NCBI GenBank assembly: GCA_964432375.1
Contig: CAYSNK010000002.1
Coordinates: forward strand, 1 to 29,469
Direction: 5' to 3'
Length of the DNA stretch: 29,469 bases
Source: an uncultured Oscillospiraceae bacterium
GTDB taxonomy: Bacteria > Bacillota > Clostridia > Oscillospirales > Oscillospiraceae
Shown: positions 15,135-23,716 of the stretch, piece after piece
How positions within the stretch are numbered: the first letter of the stretch is position 1
How the letters are laid out: each line of letters starts with the position of its first letter
Position numbers and translations under genes: made by a program
The notes under the pieces: generated by a model
What the model saw: only the letters and a program-made list of their open reading frames with translations
Databases searched by the model: none
Told to the model about the DNA's origin: nothing

Positions 15135-16312
15135 TCTATCTGGACAGCGCCGCCACCGCCCTGCAAAAGCCGCCCCAGGTGGGCAGCGCCATGCGCTACG
15201 CCGTCAGCCATTACAGCAGCCCGGGCCGGGGCGGATATGCGACCTCAGCGGCGGCAGGGAACCTGGCCTACCGCTGCCGGAGGCTGGCCTGCGAGCTGTT
15301 TGAGGTGGAGAACCCGGAGCAGGTGATCTTCACCTCCAGCGCCACCCACGGCCTGAATATCGCCATCCGGAGCCTGGTGAAGCCGGGGGCAAGGGTGGTG
15401 ATCTCCGGCTACGAGCACAACGCCGTGACCAGAACCCTGGAGAGCATCCCGGACGTGACCGCCACGGTGCTGGCGGGTCGGCTGTTCCAGCCCGGGGAGA
15501 TGCTCCGGATGCTGGCGGAGAGCCTGGATTCCCGGTGTGACGCGGTGATCCTGTGCTATGTGTCCAACGTGTTCGGCTATGCGCTTCCCCTTGGGGAAAT
15601 GGCCGGGCTTTGCCGGGAGAGAGGGGTGCCGCTGATCGTGGACGCTGCCCAGGCAGCGGGGGCCTATCCGATCCAATTTCAAAGCTGGGGCGCGGACTTT
15701 GTGGCCATGCCCGGCCACAAGGGGCTTTATGGCCCCCAGGGGATCGGGCTGCTCCTCTGCGGCCGGCCGGAGGCGCTGCCCCTGATCACCGGCGGCACGG
15801 GGAGCGAGTCCCTGCGCCAGGAGATGCCGGACTTCCTTCCGGACCGGCTGGAGGCTGGCACCCACAATATGCCGGGGATCGCCGGCCTGTACCAGGGGAT
15901 GAGGTTCGTTCAGGCCGCCCGGCCGGAGCGAATCCGCAGGAGAGAGGAGGGGCTGAAGGAGGCGCTTGCCCACGGGCTTGGAAAGCTGGAGGGGGTAGAG
16001 GTCTTTTCGGGAGACTGCCAGGCGGGGGTCCTGTCCTTCCGTACCGGGGAGCTGGACTGCGAGATCCTCGCGGATCTGCTGGCCCGGCGGGGGATCGCGG
16101 TGCGGTCCGGCCTCCACTGCGCGCCCCTGGCCCACCGGACCGCAGGCACGCTGGAAAGCGGGACGGTGCGCGTCAGCTTCTCCGCCTTTTCCACCGCCCG
16201 GGATGTGAGGATCTTCTTGCGGACTCTGGGACAGATTTTGCGGGAATCGAAAGAGAAAAGTCAGAAATCCCATCTTGCGAATACCGGGAGGATGGGCTAT
16301 AATAACTTATGA
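15131..16312 (+). CDS. Cysteine desulfurase family (class V PLP aminotransferase, CsdA/SufS-like)
   Basis: IYLDSAAT, IFTSSATHGLN, EHNAV, VDAAQAAG, PLP lysine PGHKGLYGPQGIG, EAGTHN, catalytic RSGLHCAPLAH, GTVRVSF. TTG 15131 overlaps the DUF3343 TGA. Confidence 0.9.
   Translation: MIYLDSAATALQKPPQVGSAMRYAVSHYSSPGRGGYATSAAAGNLAYRCRRLACELFEVENPEQVIFTSSATHGLNIAIRSLVKPGARVVISGYEHNAVTRTLESIPDVTATVLAGRLFQPGEMLRMLAESLDSRCDAVILCYVSNVFGYALPLGEMAGLCRERGVPLIVDAAQAAGAYPIQFQSWGADFVAMPGHKGLYGPQGIGLLLCGRPEALPLITGGTGSESLRQEMPDFLPDRLEAGTHNMPGIAGLYQGMRFVQAARPERIRRREEGLKEALAHGLGKLEGVEVFSGDCQAGVLSFRTGELDCEILADLLARRGIAVRSGLHCAPLAHRTAGTLESGTVRVSFSAFSTARDVRIFLRTLGQILRESKEKSQKSHLANTGRMGYNNL
16275..16303 (+). promoter_or_regulatory. 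Sigma-A promoter of cdaA-cdaR, inside the 3' end of the desulfurase CDS
   Basis: TTGCGA (16275-16280), 17 nt, TATAAT (16298-16303). Confidence 0.78.
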
Positions 16313-16354
16313 TTGTGCGGTTCCCTTTCCGGGTAAGATCAAGATAAGAGAGAC

Positions 16355-16396
16355 GGGGTTCTCCGGCGGGGCGGCAGCCTTGGCCGGAGATACCCC
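16355..16396. repeat. Long inverted repeat/hairpin in the cdaA 5' leader
   Basis: GGGGTTCTCCGGC(16355-16367)/GCCGGAGATACCCC(16383-16396): 13 bp with one bulge, extendable by GGC/GCC. Confidence 0.7.
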
Positions 16397-16415
16397 GAAG
16401 AATCAGAGGTGGACC

Positions 16416-17303
16416 ATGGATTACTTAACTCAGATAGCCACCCAGGCGTTCCAATATTTGCTGACCATCAGGATCCAGGATATGATCGATATCGGCATCC
16501 TGTCATTCGTGATTTATAAGCTCCTGCGGCTGCTTCAGCGGACCAATGCCAGCAGCGGCGTGATCCGGGGGCTTGCCGCCATGCTGGCGGCTGCGCTCCT
16601 TGCCACGCTGCTCCAGCTAAAAGCGCTGAGTTTCCTGATCAACCGGCTGCTGGAGCTGGGCTTTATCGCCCTGATTATCGTATTCCAGCCGGAGATCCGC
16701 CGGCTGCTGGAGCAGGTGGGGCGGATCAGCCTGTCGGACATCATGGGGAAAAAAGCCGGGGAGGGCGCCCAGCTGGAGGAGGCCATCCGCCAGACGGTTC
16801 TGGCCTACACCTCCATGTCTGAGGACAAGGTGGGCGCGCTGATGGTGTTCGAGCGGAAAAACTCCCTGAGCGACTGCATTAAAAGCGGGACCGAGATGGA
16901 CGCCTCTATCAACGAGGCGCTTTTGAAGAACCTGTTCTGGAACAAGGCGCCCCTGCACGACGGCGCCGTTGTGGTGCGGGAGGGCCGCATTGTGGGGGCG
17001 GGCTGTATGCTGCCGCTGTCCGGCAATGTCAACCTGAGCCGGGATCTGGGGATGCGCCATCGGGCGGGGATCGGCATCAGCGAGCATACCGATGCGGTAG
17101 TGGCCATCGTTTCCGAGGAAACCGGCGCCATTTCCGTGGCCGTGGGCGGTATGCTGAAGCGGCACCTTGCCCCGGAAACCCTGGAGCGGGTGCTGAAAAA
17201 CGAGCTTCTGCCCAAGCAGGCGGAGGACAAGCAGGCGGATTCCCGGGTGCGCCGGTTCCTGAGACGGCTTACCGGCAGAAAGGATGGGACAAAGCATGAT
17301 TAA
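16416..17303 (+). CDS. cdaA: Diadenylate cyclase CdaA/DacA
   Basis: Three N-terminal TM segments, IVFQPEIRRLLEQVGR, GALMVFER, DGA motif (PLHDGAVVV), RHR motif (GMRHRAGIG), VSEETG. ATG 16416 after AGAGGTGG. Confidence 0.95.
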   Translation: MDYLTQIATQAFQYLLTIRIQDMIDIGILSFVIYKLLRLLQRTNASSGVIRGLAAMLAAALLATLLQLKALSFLINRLLELGFIALIIVFQPEIRRLLEQVGRISLSDIMGKKAGEGAQLEEAIRQTVLAYTSMSEDKVGALMVFERKNSLSDCIKSGTEMDASINEALLKNLFWNKAPLHDGAVVVREGRIVGAGCMLPLSGNVNLSRDLGMRHRAGIGISEHTDAVVAIVSEETGAISVAVGGMLKRHLAPETLERVLKNELLPKQAEDKQADSRVRRFLRRLTGRKDGTKHD

Positions 17304-18531
17304 ACGGCTGTTCAAAAACAGGGTCGTCTGCGTCATCCTCTCCGTCCTGATCGCGGTGGTTTTCTGGGTCTATGTGGACTGGGACAACAATGACAGTATC
17401 ACAAGATCCTTCTCCAACATCCCCATCACCTTTGAGGGGGAGGAGACCCTGGAGGCCCGGGGCCTGATGATCGTCCATGACGAGACAGGCGAAACCGTGA
17501 GCCTGCGCTTGAGCGGCAAGCGCACGGATATTATGAAGCTGAGCCGGGACAACATTGAAATCACCGTCCGAACCTCCCAGATCGTCAGGGCCGGCACCCA
17601 GGAGCTGGAGTATGTGATCGAGTATCCCAAAACGGTTTCGGAATCCGGCATCACGGTGGAAAACCGCAGCACGGACACGATCACGGTGGACGTGGTGGCG
17701 GAGACCAGCAAGACGGTTCAGATCCAGGCCGAATTTGTGGGAACCGTGGCGGAGGGATACTATTTTGAAACGCTGGCCTGCTCCCCGGAGCAGCTTACGG
17801 TCAGCGGCCCCCAGGAGCTGGTGGATCAGGTGAGCTATGCCCTGGTCACGGTGTCGGATACGGATGTCTCCTCCACCATCACGGCGGATTACAGCTTTAA
17901 GCTGATGGATGAAAACAAGAACGAGGTCAGCCAGGAGGGGCTGACCTGCAGTGAGACTGTGGTCACGGCGGTGCTGAAAGTCGATGCCCAAAAGACGGTT
18001 CCCCTGACGGTTTCCTTTGAGGAGGGCGGCGGCGCCACAGCGGAGAATGTGACATTTGAAATCGACCCCGAGACGATTACCGTTTCCGGCGAAGATGACC
18101 AGCTTGCGGCGCTCACCTCCGTTGATCTGGGCTCCATTGACCTGTCCCAGATTTTCGGCACCACCACCATCACCAGGGACGTCATCCTGAAGGATGGCCT
18201 GGGCAACCTGAGCGGCATTACCCAGGCCAGCATCAAGGTGAGCATCACCGGCCTGACGACCCAGAACTTCAACACAAGCAACTTTGTGATCTTGAACAAG
18301 CCGGATAATTCCGTGGTCGAGATGGTCACCGGAAACCTGAATGTGACGCTGCGGGGCACCTATGCGGCCATCAGCACCGTGACGGAGGATATGATTACGG
18401 TGACTGTGGATCTGAGCAGCGTCCCGGCCACCGCCGCGGGAACCATCACGGTGCCCGCCACTGTCCAGGTGGGCGGCGCGGAGGACGTCGGCGCGGTGGG
18501 CAGCTATTCCGTGGTGATCCGGATTGAATAA
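17296..18531 (+). CDS. cdaR: CdaA regulatory protein CdaR (YbbR-repeat protein)
   Basis: N-terminal TM (ILSVLIAVVFWVYV) followed by beta-rich YbbR repeats (PEQLTVSGPQELV, PETITVSGEDDQL); overlaps the cdaA stop. ATG 17284 is an alternative start. Confidence 0.88.
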   Translation: MIKRLFKNRVVCVILSVLIAVVFWVYVDWDNNDSITRSFSNIPITFEGEETLEARGLMIVHDETGETVSLRLSGKRTDIMKLSRDNIEITVRTSQIVRAGTQELEYVIEYPKTVSESGITVENRSTDTITVDVVAETSKTVQIQAEFVGTVAEGYYFETLACSPEQLTVSGPQELVDQVSYALVTVSDTDVSSTITADYSFKLMDENKNEVSQEGLTCSETVVTAVLKVDAQKTVPLTVSFEEGGGATAENVTFEIDPETITVSGEDDQLAALTSVDLGSIDLSQIFGTTTITRDVILKDGLGNLSGITQASIKVSITGLTTQNFNTSNFVILNKPDNSVVEMVTGNLNVTLRGTYAAISTVTEDMITVTVDLSSVPATAAGTITVPATVQVGGAEDVGAVGSYSVVIRIE

Positions 18532-18563
18532 GCTGCCCCCGGCCTGCGATCATTCAGCCGGTC

Positions 18564-18592
18564 TTTACATCCTGGGGCGGGTTTGGTATAAT
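18564..18592 (+). promoter_or_regulatory. Sigma-A promoter of yicC-remA-gmk-rpoZ
   Basis: TTTACA (18564-18569), 17 nt, extended -10 TG-g-TATAAT (18584-18592). Confidence 0.85.
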
Positions 18593-18629
18593 ATTATATC
18601 ATTCTGTTCCACTGAAAAGAGGGATTTCC

Positions 18630-19508
18630 TTGATAAACAGTATGACCGGCTATGGCCGGGGAGAGCTGCTCTGCGGCGGGCGCTCCATTGTCGTTGAGGT
18701 GCGCGCCGTCAATAACCGCTATCTGGATTGCAGCATCAAGCTGCCCCGCAGCTACGCCTTCGCGGAGGATGCCATGAGAAGCCGGATTCAAAAGGCCGCC
18801 GCCCGAGGCAAGGTAGATGTGTTCGTCACCATGGATCGGGCCCCGGCTGACGGCCTGGCGGTGCGGGTCAACGAGCCGCTGGCGGAGAGCTATTACCGGG
18901 CGCTGACAGACCTGGGGGACAGGTTTTCCCTGGGGGAGGGGGTTTCCCTCTCTCTGCTGGCCCGCTTCCCGGACGTGCTCCAGGTGGAAAAGGCCGAGGA
19001 GGATGCCGACCAGCTTACCGCTGACCTGTGCGCGGTTCTGGATTTGGCGCTGACGGATTTCAATGGGATGCGGGCCCGGGAGGGCAGGAAGCTGGAAGAG
19101 GATGTCCTGTCCCGCCTGGTCACGCTGGAAGGCTTTTTGGCCGGTGTGGAGGAGCGCTCCCCCAAGACCCAGGCGGCGTACCGGGCCCGGCTGGAGAAGA
19201 AGCTGGCCGAGGTGCTGGGGGATCTCCAGGTGGACGAGGCCAGGATTCTCACCGAGGCGGCCATCTTCGCGGATAAGATCGCCGTGGACGAGGAAACGGT
19301 GCGCCTGCGCAGCCATATCGCCCAGTTCCGGGGGATGCTCCAAAAGGGCGGCCCGGTGGGGCGCAAGCTGGACTTCCTGGTGCAGGAGATGAACCGGGAG
19401 ATCAACACCATCGGCTCCAAGTGCAGTGACCTGGAGGTTTCCAATCTGGTGGTGGATATGAAGGCGGAGCTGGAAAAGATCCGTGAACAGATCCAGAATA
19501 TGGAATGA
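18630..19508 (+). CDS. yicC: YicC/YloC family endoribonuclease
   Basis: [75 protein letters not shown] start. Confidence 0.94.
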   Translation: MINSMTGYGRGELLCGGRSIVVEVRAVNNRYLDCSIKLPRSYAFAEDAMRSRIQKAAARGKVDVFVTMDRAPADGLAVRVNEPLAESYYRALTDLGDRFSLGEGVSLSLLARFPDVLQVEKAEEDADQLTADLCAVLDLALTDFNGMRAREGRKLEEDVLSRLVTLEGFLAGVEERSPKTQAAYRARLEKKLAEVLGDLQVDEARILTEAAIFADKIAVDEETVRLRSHIAQFRGMLQKGGPVGRKLDFLVQEMNREINTIGSKCSDLEVSNLVVDMKAELEKIREQIQNME

Positions 19509-19522
19509 GCGGGGGAGACAAA

Positions 19523-19801
19523 ATGAAATTGCTGAATATCGGCTTTGGCAACATGGTGTCCACCCAGCGGCTGATCGCCATTGTCAGCCCTGAGTCCGCG
19601 CCCATCAAGCGCCTGATCCAGGAGGCCCGGGATCGGGGAAACCTGATTGACGCCACCTACGGGCGGCGCACCCGGGCGGTGATCATCATGGACAACAATC
19701 ATGTGATTCTCTCCGCCATCCAGCCTGAAACGGTGGCAAACCGCGCCAGTGGCCGGGATGAGCGGGACGGGGGAGAAGGTGCGGCAGAGGATGAAAGCTG
19801 A
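19523..19801 (+). CDS. remA: RemA/DUF370 family regulatory protein
   Basis: [13 protein letters not shown]...[12 protein letters not shown]...[17 protein letters not shown]...[11 protein letters not shown]. Confidence 0.93.
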   Translation: MKLLNIGFGNMVSTQRLIAIVSPESAPIKRLIQEARDRGNLIDATYGRRTRAVIIMDNNHVILSAIQPETVANRASGRDERDGGEGAAEDES

Positions 19802-20405
19802 GAAAAAGGGCACCCTGCTTGTGCTGTCCGGCCCCTCCGGTGCGGGAAAGAGCACCGTCATCCGCCTGCTGATGGAGCAGCGGGGGGATCTCTACTTCTC
19901 CGTATCCTTTACCACCCGGAAGCCCCGGGAGGGGGAGCGGGAAGGCGTCAACTATCACTATGTCAGCAACGAGGAATTTGAGCGCATGATCCGCCGGGAC
20001 GAGTTCCTGGAATACGCCGGCTATGTGGATCACTACTACGGAACCTCCCGCAGGCTGATCGACCGGCATCTGAATGCGGGGGAGGATGTGATCCTGGATA
20101 TCGAGGTTCAGGGAGCCGCCATCGTCCGGGAAAAGCGTCCGGACGCGGTGCTATGCTTCCTGATTCCGCCCAGTTTTGAGGAGCTTTCCCGCCGGCTGCA
20201 TGGCCGCCAAAGTGAAAGCGAGGCGGTCATTCAGGATCGGCTGAACCGGGCCCGGGAGGAATATAAACAGATTAAGGATTACGACTATCTGGTTGTAAAC
20301 GATCAGCCGCAAAACGCGGCGGACGAGCTGGGCGCCATTTTGGACGCGGCCTCTTGCCGTGTCTCCCAGCGTTTAGACTATCTTGAGGGGGTAAAGGAAG
20401 AATGA
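19791..20405 (+). CDS. gmk: Guanylate kinase
   Basis: [39 protein letters not shown]...[20 protein letters not shown]. Confidence 0.96.
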   Translation: MKAEKKGTLLVLSGPSGAGKSTVIRLLMEQRGDLYFSVSFTTRKPREGEREGVNYHYVSNEEFERMIRRDEFLEYAGYVDHYYGTSRRLIDRHLNAGEDVILDIEVQGAAIVREKRPDAVLCFLIPPSFEELSRRLHGRQSESEAVIQDRLNRAREEYKQIKDYDYLVVNDQPQNAADELGAILDAASCRVSQRLDYLEGVKEE

Positions 20406-20599
20406 AGCTCTATGCGATGCAGGATCTGCTGCGGGATGTGGACAGCCGCTACCTGCTGGTGAACATGGTGGCCCACCGGGCGCGGGAAATCGCGGTGGAG
20501 GCCGAGCGGAAGAAGGTTTCCCTCAGCGAAAAGCCGGTCACCATGGCCTTGGAAGAGGCAAAGGCCGGCAAGCTGGACGCCGGCTTCTGGGAAGTCTGA
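20402..20599 (+). CDS. rpoZ: RNA polymerase omega subunit
   Basis: 65 aa; VDSRYLLVNMVAHRAREI, KPVTMALEE. ATGA overlap with gmk. Confidence 0.9.
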   Translation: MKLYAMQDLLRDVDSRYLLVNMVAHRAREIAVEAERKKVSLSEKPVTMALEEAKAGKLDAGFWEV

Positions 20600-20602
20600 T
20601 CG

Positions 20603-20662
20603 GGAAGCCCTGAGTCAACCGGCAAGAGCCGCCCGGCCCCGGGCGATTGATTCAGGGCTTCC
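20603..20662. repeat. 16-bp inverted repeat enclosing two mini-hairpins (Y-shaped element) after rpoZ
   Basis: GGAAGCCCTGAGTCAA(20603-20618)/TTGATTCAGGGCTTCC(20647-20662) with one G-U pair; inner GGC-AAGA-GCC and GCCCG-GCCC-CGGGC. Confidence 0.75.
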
Positions 20663-20673
20663 GCAAAGTGGAG

Positions 20674-20712
20674 AAAAGGGCAAGAGAGTCAAGGAGATTC
20701 CCTTGCCTTTTT
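20674..20712 (+). terminator. Terminator-like hairpin immediately before the priA RBS
   Basis: AAAAGGGCAAG(20674-20684)/CTTGCCTTTTT(20702-20712) plus inner GAGTC/GATTC. Confidence 0.5.
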
Positions 20713-20726
20713 AAGAAGGAGCAGGA

Positions 20727-23207
20727 ATGGAACCTCAACAGACAGCGAAAATCGCGGTTTCCGCCGCGGCCTACGCCATAGACCTCCCTTACACCTATCT
20801 GCTTCCGGGGGAATTGGGGGAGCTGGCCCGGCCGGGGATGCGGGCGATGGTGCCCTTCGGTCAGGGGAACCGGCCTGTGGAGGGCATGATCCTCTCGGTG
20901 GGCCCGGAGACAGAGGAGCCGGCCTTTCAACTGAAACAGGTGCTGACCCTGCTGGACGATGCTCCGGTGGTGGACGAAAAGGCCATTCAGCTGGCCCTCT
21001 GGATGCGGGAGCGGCTGTTCTGCACCGTCTATGAGGCGGTGCGGGCCATGCTTCCGGCAGGACTGTATTTTTCCCTGAAAGACCAGTATGTGCTGGAGAA
21101 AGGGGTCAGCCGGGAAACCGCTTACGAGGCTGCCGGGGCTTCTCCGGGGGCGAAAAGGCTGCTGGACATTCTCTATTCCAACAATGGCCGGATGTCCGTG
21201 GAGGATCTGCGCACCGCTTTCGGCGCCCAAAGCCCCTCCCGGCTGATTGCCCAGCTCAAGCGGGCGGGGGTCGTGACCCTGGATGCCACAGCCGCCCGGC
21301 AGGTGGGGGACAAGACGGAGCAATTCGCGTCCCTGGCGGTGTCCGCAGAGGAGGCCCGCCGCCTGCTGGAGAGCGGCAGACGGCGCTTTCCCATCCACTT
21401 CAGTGTGGTGGAGCTGGTGGCCAGCCTGGAGCGGGTGCCGGTGACCGAGCTCTGCTACTACACCGGCGCCAGCAGGACTACCCTGAAAAACCTGGTCAGG
21501 AAGGGAATCCTGCGGCTGGAGCAGCAGGAGGTCTACCGGGAACCCGTCCAGGAGGCGGTGGAGCGGGCGGAGCCGCCGGAGCTGAACCAGGAGCAGCAGA
21601 GGGCTTTTGACGGCCTTTCAGCCCTGCTGGAGAGCGGCAAACCCAGCTGCAGCCTGCTCTACGGCGTCACCGGAAGCGGGAAAACCCAGGTCTATATCCG
21701 GCTGATCCACCAATGCCTGTCGGCGGGGAAAGGGGCGATCATGCTGGTGCCGGAAATTGCCCTGACCCCCCAGATGCTGCGGCAGTTCCGCAGCCAGTTC
21801 GGAGGGACTGTGGCCGTGCTCCACAGTATGCTCCCCACCGGCGCCCGCTATGACGAGTGGAAGCGGGTGCGGCGGGGGGAGGCCAGAGTGGTGGTGGGAA
21901 CCCGGTCGGCGGTGTTCGCGCCGGTGCGGGATCTGGGGCTTATCATTCTGGACGAGGAGCAGGAATACAGCTATAAATCCGAGCAGGCCCCCCGCTACCA
22001 CGCCCGGGATGTGGCGAAATACCGCAGCGTGCAGAACAGCTCCATGCTGGTGCTGGGGTCGGCCACTCCGTCGGTGGAATCCATGTTCCTGGCCAAGAGC
22101 GGGAAATACCACCTGTTTCAGTTGAACCAGAGATACAATCAAAAGCCGCTGCCCGAGGTGTTTCTGGCGGATTTGAAGGAGGAATTGCGCTCCGGAAATC
22201 CGGGCAACCTGAGCGAGTGCCTGCTGCTGGAGCTGAAGAAGAACCTGGCCCGGGGCGAGCAGAGCATCCTCTTCCTGAACCGGCGGGGCAGCAGCAAAAT
22301 GGTGGTGTGCAGTCAGTGCGGCGAGGTGCCGACCTGCCAGCGGTGCAGCGTGGGCCTGACCTATCACAAGGATAACGGGCGGCTGATGTGCCATTACTGC
22401 GGCCATTCCAGGCCGCTGCCCCGGGCTTGCCCGTCCTGCGGCGGCGAGCTCACCTTCATGGGCTGCGGCACCCAGAAAGTGGAGGAGGAACTGCACCAGC
22501 AGTTTCCCGGCGTTCAGGTGCTGCGGATGGACACGGATACCGTTTCCCTGACCAACACCCATGAAAAGATCCTGAGCAAATTCCAGGAGGAGCGGGTGCC
22601 CATCCTGGTGGGAACCCAGATGGTGGCCAAGGGCCTGGACTTTGAAAACGTGACCCTGGTGGGGGTGATCAACGCGGATCAGTCCCTGTATGTGGACGAT
22701 TTCCGGGCGGCGGAGCGCACCTTCGCCCTCATTACCCAGGTGGTGGGCCGGGCCGGGCGGGGAGACCGCTCCGGCCGGGCGGTCATTCAGACCTGCGCCC
22801 CCCGGAATGAAGTGCTCCGCCTGGCGGCGGCCCAGGACTACGACCATTTTTATGAGAACGAGGTCCAGCTTCGGAGGCTGAGCCATTACCCGCCCTTTTG
22901 TGAGCTCTATCGGATCGCCCTTTCCGGGGAGAACGAGGGCGACGTGCTCCGGGCCGGGGTGCGCATCCGGGACGGGGCGGTTCAGTGGGCCAAGCTGCCC
23001 GACCTGCGCCAGGCGGAGGTCAGGGTTTACGGCCCGGTGGCGGCGGGCATCCTGAAGGTGAACAACCGCTATCGCTATTATTTGCATATATATGGACAAA
23101 GCTGCCCCCAGCTGCGCCGGATGCTGGCCCAGCTCCTGCAGGCGGCTTTTCAGGATAAACAAAATCGCGGGGTGTCTGTCTATGCGGACTGGAACCCCCT
23201 GGATTAA
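20727..23207 (+). CDS. priA: Primosomal protein N' (replication restart helicase PriA)
   Basis: YTY...PGMRAMVPFG, LLYGVTGSGKTQVY, LVPEIALTPQ, IILDEEQEYSYK, LGSATPS, LFLNRRG, Zn fingers CSQC/CQRC/CHYC/CPSC, ILVGTQMVAKGLDF. Confidence 0.97.
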   Translation: MEPQQTAKIAVSAAAYAIDLPYTYLLPGELGELARPGMRAMVPFGQGNRPVEGMILSVGPETEEPAFQLKQVLTLLDDAPVVDEKAIQLALWMRERLFCTVYEAVRAMLPAGLYFSLKDQYVLEKGVSRETAYEAAGASPGAKRLLDILYSNNGRMSVEDLRTAFGAQSPSRLIAQLKRAGVVTLDATAARQVGDKTEQFASLAVSAEEARRLLESGRRRFPIHFSVVELVASLERVPVTELCYYTGASRTTLKNLVRKGILRLEQQEVYREPVQEAVERAEPPELNQEQQRAFDGLSALLESGKPSCSLLYGVTGSGKTQVYIRLIHQCLSAGKGAIMLVPEIALTPQMLRQFRSQFGGTVAVLHSMLPTGARYDEWKRVRRGEARVVVGTRSAVFAPVRDLGLIILDEEQEYSYKSEQAPRYHARDVAKYRSVQNSSMLVLGSATPSVESMFLAKSGKYHLFQLNQRYNQKPLPEVFLADLKEELRSGNPGNLSECLLLELKKNLARGEQSILFLNRRGSSKMVVCSQCGEVPTCQRCSVGLTYHKDNGRLMCHYCGHSRPLPRACPSCGGELTFMGCGTQKVEEELHQQFPGVQVLRMDTDTVSLTNTHEKILSKFQEERVPILVGTQMVAKGLDFENVTLVGVINADQSLYVDDFRAAERTFALITQVVGRAGRGDRSGRAVIQTCAPRNEVLRLAAAQDYDHFYENEVQLRRLSHYPPFCELYRIALSGENEGDVLRAGVRIRDGAVQWAKLPDLRQAEVRVYGPVAAGILKVNNRYRYYLHIYGQSCPQLRRMLAQLLQAAFQDKQNRGVSVYADWNPLD

Positions 23208-23225
23208 GAGGAGCGAAGAACATTT

Positions 23226-23714
23226 ATGGCAACCAGAAAAATCATCCTGGAGGGCGACGAGGTTTTGTATAAGAAATCCCGCCCCGTGACCAATTTTGAC
23301 AGGCGTCTGCATATTCTGCTGGACGATATGCGGGAAACGCTGCTCCAGGCCAACGGCATCGGCCTGGCCGCCGTGCAGGTGGGCATCCTGCGCCGGGCTG
23401 TGCTGGTCATCAATGAGAAAGAAGAGGTTCTGGAGCTGATTAACCCGGAGATCGTCGAGACCTCCGGAGAGCAGGAGGGGCTGGAGGGCTGCCTGTCCGT
23501 CCCCGGCTATTACGGCGTTGTGAAGCGCCCCATGCAGGTGAAGGTTCGGGCCCAGGATCGAAACGGGAACCCCTTTGAGGTGGAGGACGTGGGCCTGACC
23601 GCCCGCTGCTTCTGCCATGAGATCGAGCATCTGGACGGCCATCTGTTCAAGGAAAAGGCCACGCGGATGTATACCGCAGAGGAGCTGGACGAGATGGAAG
23701 AGGAAGAAGAATAG
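23226..23714 (+). CDS. def: Peptide deformylase
   Basis: GIGLAAVQVG, EGCLSVPG, CHEIEHLDG (HExxH). Confidence 0.96.
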   Translation: MATRKIILEGDEVLYKKSRPVTNFDRRLHILLDDMRETLLQANGIGLAAVQVGILRRAVLVINEKEEVLELINPEIVETSGEQEGLEGCLSVPGYYGVVKRPMQVKVRAQDRNGNPFEVEDVGLTARCFCHEIEHLDGHLFKEKATRMYTAEELDEMEEEEE

Positions 23715-23716
23715 GG

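Noticed and set aside
20612-20700. Four GANTC sites in 90 nt (and several in other intergenic regions), suggesting methylation-based control
   Set aside because: Explained by the repeated GAGUC:GAUUC helix. No methyltransferase in the window, and I cannot test enrichment without genome-wide counts.
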